Virus record (IMG/VR): IMGVR_UViG_3300028008_000009
Span: 38,439 to 102,438 of that record
Origin: a virus
Reading direction: 5' to 3' (one strand)
DNA: 64,000 nucleotides
Position numbers and translations under genes: made by a program. The notes below the pieces were generated by a model that saw only the letters and a list, made by a program, of their open reading frames with translations, did no database searches and was not told the origin of the DNA. Within the stretch, counting starts at the first letter, position 1, and the number at the start of each line of letters is the position of its first letter. Positions 48,572 to 58,432 of the stretch are shown in pieces.

Positions 48572-49482
48572 TGAGCGAAAACAATTTGCAAGTATACGAA
48601 GAACACGAAGGTGTATGTTTCTTTGTGTACAATAACGAGCATTTGGATTATGTTGACTTGGCAATACTTGCTTCTAGGTATGTTAAAGAATATCTCAAAT
48701 TACCAGTATGTATAATTACTGATGCTGGAACATATAAATGGATGATGCAGTCACAAAAAGAAGAAGTCATTAACGAATGTTTTGATTATATAAAACTAAC
48801 AGATGATGAGTTTAAACCTAATGAACGCAGGCACCACGATAGTCCATGGACACAATTCAAAGCACAGTTCAGTAATAGCAACAAACATAAGATATGGGAA
48901 TACAGTCCATTTGAAAAAACATTATTGCTCGACACTGACTATATTGTAAAGAACAACTTCTTACTACGTAGTATGTCCTACGAAGGCGTTGCAATGTTTG
49001 ACAATGCCATAAGTGCTAGAAATGATAGACCACACATAAACGAAGTGTTGTTATACCCTGGCGGCATTAAGATGTGGTGGAGTACAGTTGTGTATTTTGA
49101 TCGTAGTGAATTTAGTGAAATGTTTTTTGATACATGGGCTCACGTTGCAGACAACTATGAGTTCTATCAATTCTTATATAACTTTCCAAGTAAACTATTT
49201 AGAACAGACTATTGTGTAAGCATTGCGGTTCACATATTAAATGGAATGGAAGAAGGCGATGTTATTCATAACTTTGACAATCAGCCAATGTACTATCTAT
49301 CTCAAAAAGATGATATAGTTGATGTTAATAATATACAAGATTGGATCTGTCTTGGCAACGACACAAGAGAAGAATGGAAAAACATATTAGTTAAGCATAA
49401 AAATTTAGACTTACATGTTATGAACAAACGTGCATTATCAAGAGTAAAGCCAAAACTTATGGAGTTCTTTGATGGACGATGA
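48571..49482 (+). CDS. Glycosyltransferase-like protein (GT-A fold, GT8-like)
   Basis: DYVDLA, LPVCIITD and a DxD motif in SPFEKTLLLDTDY, plus WWSTVVYF and FRTDY. Confidence 0.65.
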   Translation: MSENNLQVYEEHEGVCFFVYNNEHLDYVDLAILASRYVKEYLKLPVCIITDAGTYKWMMQSQKEEVINECFDYIKLTDDEFKPNERRHHDSPWTQFKAQFSNSNKHKIWEYSPFEKTLLLDTDYIVKNNFLLRSMSYEGVAMFDNAISARNDRPHINEVLLYPGGIKMWWSTVVYFDRSEFSEMFFDTWAHVADNYEFYQFLYNFPSKLFRTDYCVSIAVHILNGMEEGDVIHNFDNQPMYYLSQKDDIVDVNNIQDWICLGNDTREEWKNILVKHKNLDLHVMNKRALSRVKPKLMEFFDGR

Positions 49483-50323
49483 AATTATATCTGAGAACGG
49501 CTATGTAATTATAGCTGTCAATCCTATTGAGTTTAGACAAGCACAATGTTGTGCATTTTCAATTAAGAGCAAGATGCCAGATGCCAGTGTTACATTAGTA
49601 GTTCCAGACAGCAATAAAGTAGAACGTTCTTTTCTGGAAGGGTTTGATGCAGTTACAGAATTACCATTTAAAAAACATACAACATGTAGACAGAATGATT
49701 GGCAGCTATATTGGAGTAGTCCATATGAAAATACAATAGCTATAGATTGCAAGTCGTTGGTCAAAGATGATCAAACTAGCATTTGGGATTACTTAATAGA
49801 TCATTATGATATTGTATTTCCAACTCAGGTAAATGATATTAGAAAAAATAAAATTAATCTAAAATACCAAAACAATTTACAAAGCGAATATGATTTAAAT
49901 GTAGTGTACTCTAATATGTTCTTCTTTAAAAAGAATGAAGTATCACTACGTCATTTTAAATTAGCAGATGTTTATTTTCAATATTGGAAAGACACTTGTG
50001 TTAAATTTTTACAGCCTCAACACATACCAGACTTCTTTGATGCTGATGTTATGCACTCACTTGTTGCTACACACACTGGTGACGATGCAGTTGCACAACA
50101 CAATGTATTACAATACATTGACATGAAGAATAGTGTAGTGTCAGGTGCATTAGGTAGAATAACTAAGTGGACTGATAAATTAAACATTTGGTCAAGTTCT
50201 AATGGAAAAATTAAAATCCAAAACTATGCAATCAACGGAACACTAAGTTACCACGAGAATGAATTCTTAACAGACGAAATATTTAATGAGCAACGAGACT
50301 ACTACAGCAACATCACAAAATAA
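49472..50323 (+). CDS. Second GT-A-like paralogue
   Basis: GYVIIA, SIKSKMP, NDWQLYWSSPYENTIAIDCK and VYSNMFFFKK. The DxD position is degenerate (DCK). Confidence 0.6.
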   Translation: MDDEIISENGYVIIAVNPIEFRQAQCCAFSIKSKMPDASVTLVVPDSNKVERSFLEGFDAVTELPFKKHTTCRQNDWQLYWSSPYENTIAIDCKSLVKDDQTSIWDYLIDHYDIVFPTQVNDIRKNKINLKYQNNLQSEYDLNVVYSNMFFFKKNEVSLRHFKLADVYFQYWKDTCVKFLQPQHIPDFFDADVMHSLVATHTGDDAVAQHNVLQYIDMKNSVVSGALGRITKWTDKLNIWSSSNGKIKIQNYAINGTLSYHENEFLTDEIFNEQRDYYSNITK

Positions 50324-51260
50324 AAAGTGGTACATTCGATTTAATAAAAACTCAGGCAAAATACTGAGTGTTGGTCCACGACCGTTTGTTACTGTAAACG
50401 AAGAAGAAGAAGTAACATCGACTGAGAATGATATATGTAAACAGTTAATAACAGGTGCAAAAAAGATTAACAAGTATTCAGTGCATTGGGATGTTTTTAA
50501 TGAGACTTGGGATATTGATGTTAAAAGTTCAACCCTAGAATTAAAAACAAATGGTGAAAAACTAAACCAAGCACTAGAAAGAGATCCAAGTATGTGTGAT
50601 GTATACATTAAAGTTATACGTGCAACTAATACTATTAAGATGGAAATTAATTTATACACTGTCAAGAAATCATTAAACTTGGGACAGATCAATAGTATTA
50701 AACAAGATAACACAAGCATACTAGATCTTTATCTTTGTAGGAAGAATGATCCAGATTATATGATTGGAGTTATTCCAGTTGATGCGATTAAATTAATCAA
50801 TAAAAGACATCTTTATATACAAGTTCCACCTAATATAACACGTCATATTAATAGTTGGGATGAGATAAGTTTTTTTACCCAGCCTGTGTTTGAAACATAT
50901 GGTATTGAATTTACTGATGTCACAGTAACAGCAGCTGATGATAACAATCAACGTCCGCATCAATATGCAAACAGAGGTGAAACAGCACACATAAATATGT
51001 ATACATTAAATGATAAGTTAATGATTAAAAGCGATGTGAGTGCTGATACAATGTATTATTTTGATAACAAACCTAAATTAGAATTACATATATCAGGCGA
51101 GACAATTGATAACTATATTAACACGTTGACACTTAACACTGCTAGATTAATTAATGATACAATAGAAATAGATTTGCCAAATGAGTGGCCTGCTAATCCT
51201 ATAATTACATTTAAGAATAAAAAGTTGACAGTAAATTACCACGGAGAAAAGAATGAGTAA
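50286..51260 (+). CDS. Hypothetical protein
   Basis: 324-aa ORF overlapping both neighbours. Confidence 0.65.
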   Translation: MSNETTTATSQNKKWYIRFNKNSGKILSVGPRPFVTVNEEEEVTSTENDICKQLITGAKKINKYSVHWDVFNETWDIDVKSSTLELKTNGEKLNQALERDPSMCDVYIKVIRATNTIKMEINLYTVKKSLNLGQINSIKQDNTSILDLYLCRKNDPDYMIGVIPVDAIKLINKRHLYIQVPPNITRHINSWDEISFFTQPVFETYGIEFTDVTVTAADDNNQRPHQYANRGETAHINMYTLNDKLMIKSDVSADTMYYFDNKPKLELHISGETIDNYINTLTLNTARLINDTIEIDLPNEWPANPIITFKNKKLTVNYHGEKNE

Positions 51261-52239
51261 CATACAAAGTATTAATGAATTTGATATTGTATATATCAGC
51301 TACGACGAGCCTAATGCAGATGAGAACTATGCAGACTTGTTAGACAAATGCCCGTGGGCTAAACGTAGTCATGGCGTAGAGGGAAGTGATGCGGCACACA
51401 AGGCTGCGGCGCAGATGGCAGAGACTGATAGGTTTATTACAATTGATGCAGACAACATTGTACATGATGCTTTCTTTAGTGTTGACGTTGACATGGATAA
51501 AATTGGACCCACTGATGTTATTAGTTGGGCAGGCAAGAACATTACCAACGGACTTGTATACGGCAACGGTGGTATCAAGTGTTGGCCAAAAGATGTTGTT
51601 ATGAATATGCAAACACATGAGAATGCACCTGCAGGTGACAAGCGAGCGCAAGTAGATTTTTGTTGGAACATCAACTACGTACAAATGAATAATATCTATT
51701 GTACAGTAATGAACAACGGTAGTCCACTACAAGCGTGGCGTGCCGGCTTCCGTGAAGGTGTTAAGATGGGATTAGTAGATGGAGATGTTATTGACCCAAT
51801 TGACTTAAAACAACGTGTGCATAGTAAAAACTACAAACGTTTGTTAACATGGATGAGTGTTGGTGACGATAGTGAGAATGGTATATGGGCAATCTACGGC
51901 GCACGCCTTGGTTGTTACATGACAAACATTACTAGAACAGAATGGGATTGGAAAAACGTTAGAGATTTTAAATGGCTTACTAACTATTTTGAAACAGACG
52001 TATTGCCCAACTTCCAAGATAATGATGATCAATTATGTAAGCGAACAGGCATTCGTTGGAACTACAAATCAGTAGAGGACGAAAGCAACAGACTTGGAAT
52101 TGAATTACGCAAGCAACTTGATTTAGAAATTGCAGACCTAGGCAAAGAAGGATCACGCTTCTTTAAAGAAGTTTATATTAACCCGAGCCGCATGCATGCA
52201 CAAATCAGAGAAGACCAAGTAATAGATACACTGGAATAA
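51253..52239 (+). CDS. Glycosyltransferase-like protein (GT-A, DxD)
   Basis: DIVYISYDEPNA, AHKAAA, FITIDADN, NGLVYGNGG and QAWRAGFREGVKM. Confidence 0.7.
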   Translation: MSNIQSINEFDIVYISYDEPNADENYADLLDKCPWAKRSHGVEGSDAAHKAAAQMAETDRFITIDADNIVHDAFFSVDVDMDKIGPTDVISWAGKNITNGLVYGNGGIKCWPKDVVMNMQTHENAPAGDKRAQVDFCWNINYVQMNNIYCTVMNNGSPLQAWRAGFREGVKMGLVDGDVIDPIDLKQRVHSKNYKRLLTWMSVGDDSENGIWAIYGARLGCYMTNITRTEWDWKNVRDFKWLTNYFETDVLPNFQDNDDQLCKRTGIRWNYKSVEDESNRLGIELRKQLDLEIADLGKEGSRFFKEVYINPSRMHAQIREDQVIDTLE

Positions 52240-52240
52240 A

Positions 52241-53245
52241 ATGGCATTAGGTGAACAAGGATTCTATAACGTACTTGACCACCATCACAAAGAAGCAAGT
52301 GATTGGGTTGTAGTAAATTGGAACTTGGGAAATATGTGCAACTATAGTTGTTCGTATTGCCCGAGCATACTCAATGACGGCAGCTTTGGTTGGAATGATT
52401 TTACAGTAGTGCAAGGATTTATTGACGCTACTGCTAAACACTATGCACCACGTAAAGTTTACTTTGAGTTCACTGGCGGCGAAGTTACACTATGGAAAGA
52501 CTTTATTAAGACTGTACAATACATTAAAGAGATTGGACATGACGTAGGGTTTATCAGCAACGGTAGTAGAACATTACGCTGGTGGGAAAAGAATAAAGAA
52601 AACTTTGATCACGTGTGTCTAAGTTATCATCCAGAGCATGCAGATGCTGATCACTTCTTTGAAGTAGTAAAGATTATGGCAGGCAGTTGTCGTACACACG
52701 TAAACGTAATGGGTCATACCGATCCAGAATTATTTGACAAAGGTATTGTACTAAGTGAAAAGCTATGTACACAAGTAGAAAACATCAGCATGGCATTCCA
52801 GCCTTTGGTAATAGACTTTGGCGAAGTACGTTTTCCATACACAGATGAACAACAAAAGATATTTGATGATCAATGGAAGTTGTATGGTAGCAAAATAAAA
52901 CACACAAAAGAATTTAAGTTATACAGAGGTAGCATGGATATGCACGATACTGTTAACACACTAAAACAAAATAGTTCAGCACATAGATTTATTGCAGACA
53001 ATAATAACAACTGGAAAGGTTGGGATTGTTGGGCAGGTGTTGAACAGTTCATTGTAGACTTTGATGGTACAGTATGGAGAGGCTGGTGTAGAGTAGGCGG
53101 AGCATTTGGAACTATACACGAACCAGATAAAATTAAATTTCCTACTAAGCCAGTAGCATGTAATAAGAGTTACTGTCATTGTAACTTTGATATTATGTGT
53201 AAGAAAGTTTTACCAGAACATAAGTATGAGGTAATCGAAGAATGA
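52241..53245 (+). CDS. Radical SAM enzyme with C-terminal Twitch/SPASM-like domain
   Basis: CNYSCSYC, TGGEVT and SNGS, then C-terminal CWAG...DG...WC...CNKSYCHC. Confidence 0.9.
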   Translation: MALGEQGFYNVLDHHHKEASDWVVVNWNLGNMCNYSCSYCPSILNDGSFGWNDFTVVQGFIDATAKHYAPRKVYFEFTGGEVTLWKDFIKTVQYIKEIGHDVGFISNGSRTLRWWEKNKENFDHVCLSYHPEHADADHFFEVVKIMAGSCRTHVNVMGHTDPELFDKGIVLSEKLCTQVENISMAFQPLVIDFGEVRFPYTDEQQKIFDDQWKLYGSKIKHTKEFKLYRGSMDMHDTVNTLKQNSSAHRFIADNNNNWKGWDCWAGVEQFIVDFDGTVWRGWCRVGGAFGTIHEPDKIKFPTKPVACNKSYCHCNFDIMCKKVLPEHKYEVIEE

Positions 53246-53853
53246 TAGCTACATACGATGAAACTTGGAAGTTTCTAGTTAGGCAGTTCGGATACACAGC
53301 TAGACATCCACAGTTCAATCCATTTTATATAATAGATACCTTACATCACTTTATACAATCAGCTGACGATACTATACTTGATATTGGATGCGGAGACTTT
53401 AATCTAAAGTGGGCATACCCACATAAGAAATGGTTTGGTGTAGATAAAACAGTAGAAGCTGACATATGGGGTTATCCATCTGATGGCGCTCTACATTGGA
53501 CACATAAATTTAAATACGGAGTTGCTATTAATAGTTTACATCATGGTAATATAAAAAAGAATATAGAAATAGCAACAAAGCATGCGAACATTTTATATGT
53601 AACACTAAACGAAGTTAAGAACATTGACGAGTGGAAAGACAAAACATATTGGGAACAGTTTGGTAAAGTAAAAATGTTTTGGCATGGACAAAAATCAGAA
53701 ACTGTAAATGAAATGACTGAGTATGTGCAAAACGATAGTATGTATATCGATAGATGGAAACCAACACAAGAACATATAAATCGTATAGCAGAAGATGGAA
53801 TACACACTGATCCATATTATGGAGTAGTAAGGGTTATTATATCAAATGAATAG
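53242..53853 (+). CDS. Class I SAM-dependent methyltransferase
   Basis: ILDIGCG, FGVD and INSLH. Confidence 0.8.
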   Translation: MIATYDETWKFLVRQFGYTARHPQFNPFYIIDTLHHFIQSADDTILDIGCGDFNLKWAYPHKKWFGVDKTVEADIWGYPSDGALHWTHKFKYGVAINSLHHGNIKKNIEIATKHANILYVTLNEVKNIDEWKDKTYWEQFGKVKMFWHGQKSETVNEMTEYVQNDSMYIDRWKPTQEHINRIAEDGIHTDPYYGVVRVIISNE

Positions 53854-54766
53854 AGTAATTACATTTGGATGTAGTCATGCCTGGGGAGCTGAACTAACGT
53901 CAGCAAGTCGTCAAGATTTACCTGAGAACTTAAATGCATCGTTTGGAAAACAAGTAGCAAACAAACTGGGTTTAGATTTTGCAATGTCGGCTCGTACAGG
54001 AGTAGGCAATGATCAAATATTATTTGATGTCATAGAGCATGTGCAAGAGAACGACCTTTGTTTAGTGTCGTGGACATATCTTGATAGATATCTGTGGACT
54101 GCTAGAAACAAAGATGAAGAAAGCAGTTGGTTTACTAATTGGCATGTGCTTACTGTATTGTCAAACAACTTGCCGAGATATTTTGAAATAGCAGAAAAGT
54201 TTTTTAAACTAAAACAAGAGGTTAGAGATAGACATATACATGCAAATAGATTTCATCCATTTCTAAAAGATATGCACAATCCAGACTTAATAAAATTTTG
54301 TGAAGGACAAGCAATATATGGATTAGCATCTATGCCTAAGATTGTAAACTTTCTAAAAACATATCATGCTGTAGATAATATTATAAGGGCACGTGGAGCC
54401 ACACCAGTTTATTTTCATTACGACATGGAAATACAAGAACTACAAAATATATCAGGCACAGATGATTTAGAAGTAAAAAGAATATTCCCTAACAGACTGT
54501 ATGAAATGGAAGAAACAAAAGAAACAGATGCATGGAACGAAGTGTTGTTTCATAATGAGATTGACAATACAAAATTGCTAAATGGTTATAGAGCAGATAC
54601 TAATTTTATACGTTGGAAGATAAAAGACAATGCAGCAAGCTATAAGGATTGGTACTTTCATAATAACAATCTTACATCGTGGCCAGGAGACAGAATAGGA
54701 CACCTTGATGAGAAAGCACACAAGGAACTTGCAGATATTATATTGGAAAAAATAAATGCCGATTGA
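53846..54766 (+). CDS. SGNH hydrolase/acyltransferase-like protein
   Basis: TFGCSHAWG (block I), GVGN, VSWTYLDR and C-terminal DRIGHLDEKAH. Confidence 0.65.
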   Translation: MNRVITFGCSHAWGAELTSASRQDLPENLNASFGKQVANKLGLDFAMSARTGVGNDQILFDVIEHVQENDLCLVSWTYLDRYLWTARNKDEESSWFTNWHVLTVLSNNLPRYFEIAEKFFKLKQEVRDRHIHANRFHPFLKDMHNPDLIKFCEGQAIYGLASMPKIVNFLKTYHAVDNIIRARGATPVYFHYDMEIQELQNISGTDDLEVKRIFPNRLYEMEETKETDAWNEVLFHNEIDNTKLLNGYRADTNFIRWKIKDNAASYKDWYFHNNNLTSWPGDRIGHLDEKAHKELADIILEKINAD

Positions 54767-56012
54767 GAACAATCCAGATATTCCATTAGACAATAAACAG
54801 TTGCGGTTGTATGACAAGGACGGCAACTATACTCGTGCGAGTGTTGATGAGACAATTGCACGAGGACATAATGCTTGGAAGGGTTGGAAGTGTAGTGCTG
54901 GTGTACGAGGTATGTACATAGACTACGATGGAAACATTTGGAGAGCTAACTGCTTTAGTACAAAGCTAGAAAGATTTAATCGTCCTGGTTGGAAAGAGAA
55001 GATGAAGCAGTTTCATTTTGACAACGGAGAGGACTCACCTGCATTATTCAAACAACAAGAATCTAAACTTAAAAAAGAATTTGCTATGAGTGGCAAAGGC
55101 TTTAGAAGTCACTTGTCGTTAGAGGAAGGCCTTGGCAAACAACAAGGATATGTAGGAAATATATTTGAAGGATTAGATGTACCAGACGACTATGTAGTTT
55201 GTCCATACAGTAATTGTGGATGCGGTGCTGATGTTATATTAAGCAAAGCACGTACAGACAAAGATAAAATGCTACTAGATGTAACACAAAATGGATACGA
55301 AGCTACAAATCGTACACAAAAGTATACACACAGTATACAAGATAGTGTAGCAGTTGAAATGAACTTCCCTATACCATATCAAATACTATGGGATATAAGT
55401 AGACGTTGTAACTATGATTGCACATACTGTTGGCCCAGCGTACACAATAACAAAGAAGGCTTTCCAGAGTTTGATAGTGTTATTGCTACAATAGATATGA
55501 TGATTGATAACTGGAGCAATGGTGAACCTATACGTTGGAACTTTGGCGGAGGCGAACCAACTATGCACCCGCAGTTTATAGATATTATCAAACACTTGAA
55601 GTCACGCAACCAATGGGTGCTTGTAACTACTAATGGTGCTCGCAGTACAAAGTTTTGGACTGAAGCAAGTAAGTACATCAACAGTGTTAACATGAGCGCA
55701 CACTTTGCCAGTATGGATCAGTTCCGTGGCAACGAACAACGCTTTATTGAAAACTGCAAAGTTATAATGCAACAACATGATAATGTAGATGATGATCATT
55801 GGTTAGAGATTAAACTAATGGTTGAGCCAGGATATTTAGATCGTGCGCTACAACTTAAACAGAAGATAGAAGAATTAGATATGCTTCATCGCAATGGAGC
55901 TAATGGTCGCATGAAAGGAATACTAAGTCTTGTTCCTTTGCGTGGCATCGAAGATAGTAGTCAATTAGTAGGATATAGTGATAATGAAATTGAATATTTC
56001 AGCAATCAATGA
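54756..56012 (+). CDS. Radical SAM enzyme with N-terminal Twitch-like domain (circularly permuted)
   Basis: N-terminal WKGWKCSAG...C...CPYSNCGC, then CNYDCTYC, GGGEPTMHP and TTNG. Confidence 0.9.
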   Translation: MPIENNPDIPLDNKQLRLYDKDGNYTRASVDETIARGHNAWKGWKCSAGVRGMYIDYDGNIWRANCFSTKLERFNRPGWKEKMKQFHFDNGEDSPALFKQQESKLKKEFAMSGKGFRSHLSLEEGLGKQQGYVGNIFEGLDVPDDYVVCPYSNCGCGADVILSKARTDKDKMLLDVTQNGYEATNRTQKYTHSIQDSVAVEMNFPIPYQILWDISRRCNYDCTYCWPSVHNNKEGFPEFDSVIATIDMMIDNWSNGEPIRWNFGGGEPTMHPQFIDIIKHLKSRNQWVLVTTNGARSTKFWTEASKYINSVNMSAHFASMDQFRGNEQRFIENCKVIMQQHDNVDDDHWLEIKLMVEPGYLDRALQLKQKIEELDMLHRNGANGRMKGILSLVPLRGIEDSSQLVGYSDNEIEYFSNQ

Positions 56013-56799
56013 TACTAAGCCATTGCTAATACTTTATAGCAGTGGGTTAGGTGGAGAGTTTATTACAAAGACTATTAGTAATCTTTGTAAGGACTTCAAC
56101 GATGTTACGTTTAGAGAAACAACTAATACTAATCAGACACATTCAAAGTGTGTAATTAAATACGGAGTGCTATGGACAGACCCACATGATACAAGCACAT
56201 GGATAGATCAAGATGCACCCTTGCAAGATTTATCTAAACGTGTTATAATAAAGGATCATCCAAGTATATACATTGCAAAGCATTATTGGAAACAGTTAAG
56301 TAATCTACAAGTAATACATTTAGTTGTTGACAAAGAAATAGAATACTTTGCAAGACTAACAGTAAAGAAACTTGCAAAACCAATTGACGTTAAACATATC
56401 ACTCGTAAATGGATAGATGAGAACATAGATGGAAAGGTTACAAAAAAGATAGCAGATGGAATATTAGAATGGGCAAAGCCTTATCCTTGGGTGTGGCAAA
56501 ACGAATTAAGAACTGTACATACATTCTTAAGCGAAGGTCGTTCTGTAGATACATACAAACACGAACAGCATCCTGAAAGACAAGTTACAATGCAAAGCGA
56601 TGCTATTGCATATCAATGTAACGAAATGTCAGATGTTCTCAAAGAAATATACACAGATTATAATACTGTATGCGTAGACGAGCTAACTACTAGTAGTAAA
56701 CAGTTTTGGAAAGACATTAAAAAGTTAGTACCAACATTACCAGTAGCAAAGGCTAATAAACTTACACAGGCATGGATAAACAAGAACAATGAACTTTGA
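55984..56799 (+). CDS. Hypothetical protein (possible P-loop/sulfotransferase-like)
   Basis: LILYSSGLGGEFI and IIKDH motifs. Confidence 0.55.
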   Translation: MKLNISAINDTKPLLILYSSGLGGEFITKTISNLCKDFNDVTFRETTNTNQTHSKCVIKYGVLWTDPHDTSTWIDQDAPLQDLSKRVIIKDHPSIYIAKHYWKQLSNLQVIHLVVDKEIEYFARLTVKKLAKPIDVKHITRKWIDENIDGKVTKKIADGILEWAKPYPWVWQNELRTVHTFLSEGRSVDTYKHEQHPERQVTMQSDAIAYQCNEMSDVLKEIYTDYNTVCVDELTTSSKQFWKDIKKLVPTLPVAKANKLTQAWINKNNEL

Positions 56800-58432
56800 A
56801 TTAGATCCTAACATACAAAGAACAATGCAAGAGCGCATTGAAATGGTCACTCATCCTGAATGTCCAATTGAAAACCTGTTGGTTGTTGCAGAATACGATA
56901 CTGATATTAGTGTAGTAGAAGCATGTGCGTTAAACGAAAATGCTACAACAGAAGTACTTGAAGTTGTTATGCAAAAACTAGATGTAGACATGGATCACAT
57001 TAATCGAGCAAAAGCCAGTCACAAAATTAAAAGCAATGCTAAGTTTAAGAAAAGTTTCTGTGTACTTCCATGGAATCATGCAGCCACTAACAGTAATGGT
57101 AGTGTGCGTATGTGTTGTCAAATGATATACGGCGACAGTGATATGCCGTTTGGTGATGTACGCAAGGAAGATGGCAGCAGTCTTACACACGCAGATAACA
57201 TTAAAGATCATCGCAATGCACCTGAGTGGAAGAAGCTACGCAAGATGATGTTGGATGGCAAACGACATGATGTATGCAAACTATGTTGGGACGAAGAAGC
57301 AAATGGAATTGAGAGCAAACGTCAACAACACAACAACATTTGGAATTCAGACATTGCAGACATTGTAGCTAACACACAAGAAGATGGAAGCATAGACGAC
57401 GAGCAGTTTCCTATTAAGTATTGGGACTTACGCTTTGGTAACAAGTGCAATATTAAATGTAGAAGTTGCGGACCTAACGATAGTGATCAATGGTACAGCG
57501 ATTGGAAAGCACTAGGCTTAGGTGATAGCTTTACAACCAAGGACGGAGATAAACTACAAATTGAAAATGTAAAGGGCAAAGATGTTGTTAAGAAAACATT
57601 TGACTGGGTAGATGAATCTCCACTGTGGACATACTTGCAAGACAACTTGGGTACTACACAACGTTTTTACTTTACAGGTGGCGAACCAACTATCAACAAC
57701 ACACACAGACAGTTATTACAATATATGATTGATAACGATCGTGCAAGCGAAGTAACACTTGAATACAATACAAACATGGCAGCTATTCCAAGTGGCGTGT
57801 TTAAGCAATGGGGTCACTTTAAAGAAGTTAACATTGGTATGAGTATAGATGGATTGTTCGAACACTTTGAATATATACGTAACCCAGGTAAGTGGGCGGC
57901 TGTTGAACGTAACTTAAAACGCATTGACACAGATACTAACCTAAGCAATACTACAGCGAGCTTTACAGTAACCACAAGCATTATGAATGTAGTGCATGTG
58001 TTAGATATGATATGGTGGCTAAAGGAACAAAAGTTCTCACGTATTAACAAGAACTTAGTAAGTCACAACTTGTATTACCCATTGTTCTACAACATAACAA
58101 ACTTACCGCCAGAGATTAAAACAGCAGTCACTAATGTATACGAACGTTTTATAAACGAAATACATAGACGTTGGCCCAATGAAATTGAGTGGTGCCACAA
58201 AGCTGAAAGCACATTGCGTAGTATACTTAAACATATGAATAGTAATGAATGGGACCCAAGCGAGTACTTGGCATACTTTACAAGACAGGACGCACTTGAT
58301 AAGATTCGTAATGAGAACTGGCGTGAGAGTTTAAAAGGATTAGCAGACTTAATTACATACTACGAACAAAGTAAAGCACGTAGTAAGAAGCTAACACTTG
58401 ATACAGCATCTAAGAAAAAAGTACGCAAATGA
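56789..58432 (+). CDS. Radical SAM enzyme (LRV-like N-terminus, then Twitch, then rSAM core)
   Basis: FCVLPW...MCC...CKLCWDEE, then DLRFGNKCNIKCRSC, TGGEP, YNTN and SIDG. Confidence 0.9.
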   Translation: MNFELDPNIQRTMQERIEMVTHPECPIENLLVVAEYDTDISVVEACALNENATTEVLEVVMQKLDVDMDHINRAKASHKIKSNAKFKKSFCVLPWNHAATNSNGSVRMCCQMIYGDSDMPFGDVRKEDGSSLTHADNIKDHRNAPEWKKLRKMMLDGKRHDVCKLCWDEEANGIESKRQQHNNIWNSDIADIVANTQEDGSIDDEQFPIKYWDLRFGNKCNIKCRSCGPNDSDQWYSDWKALGLGDSFTTKDGDKLQIENVKGKDVVKKTFDWVDESPLWTYLQDNLGTTQRFYFTGGEPTINNTHRQLLQYMIDNDRASEVTLEYNTNMAAIPSGVFKQWGHFKEVNIGMSIDGLFEHFEYIRNPGKWAAVERNLKRIDTDTNLSNTTASFTVTTSIMNVVHVLDMIWWLKEQKFSRINKNLVSHNLYYPLFYNITNLPPEIKTAVTNVYERFINEIHRRWPNEIEWCHKAESTLRSILKHMNSNEWDPSEYLAYFTRQDALDKIRNENWRESLKGLADLITYYEQSKARSKKLTLDTASKKKVRK

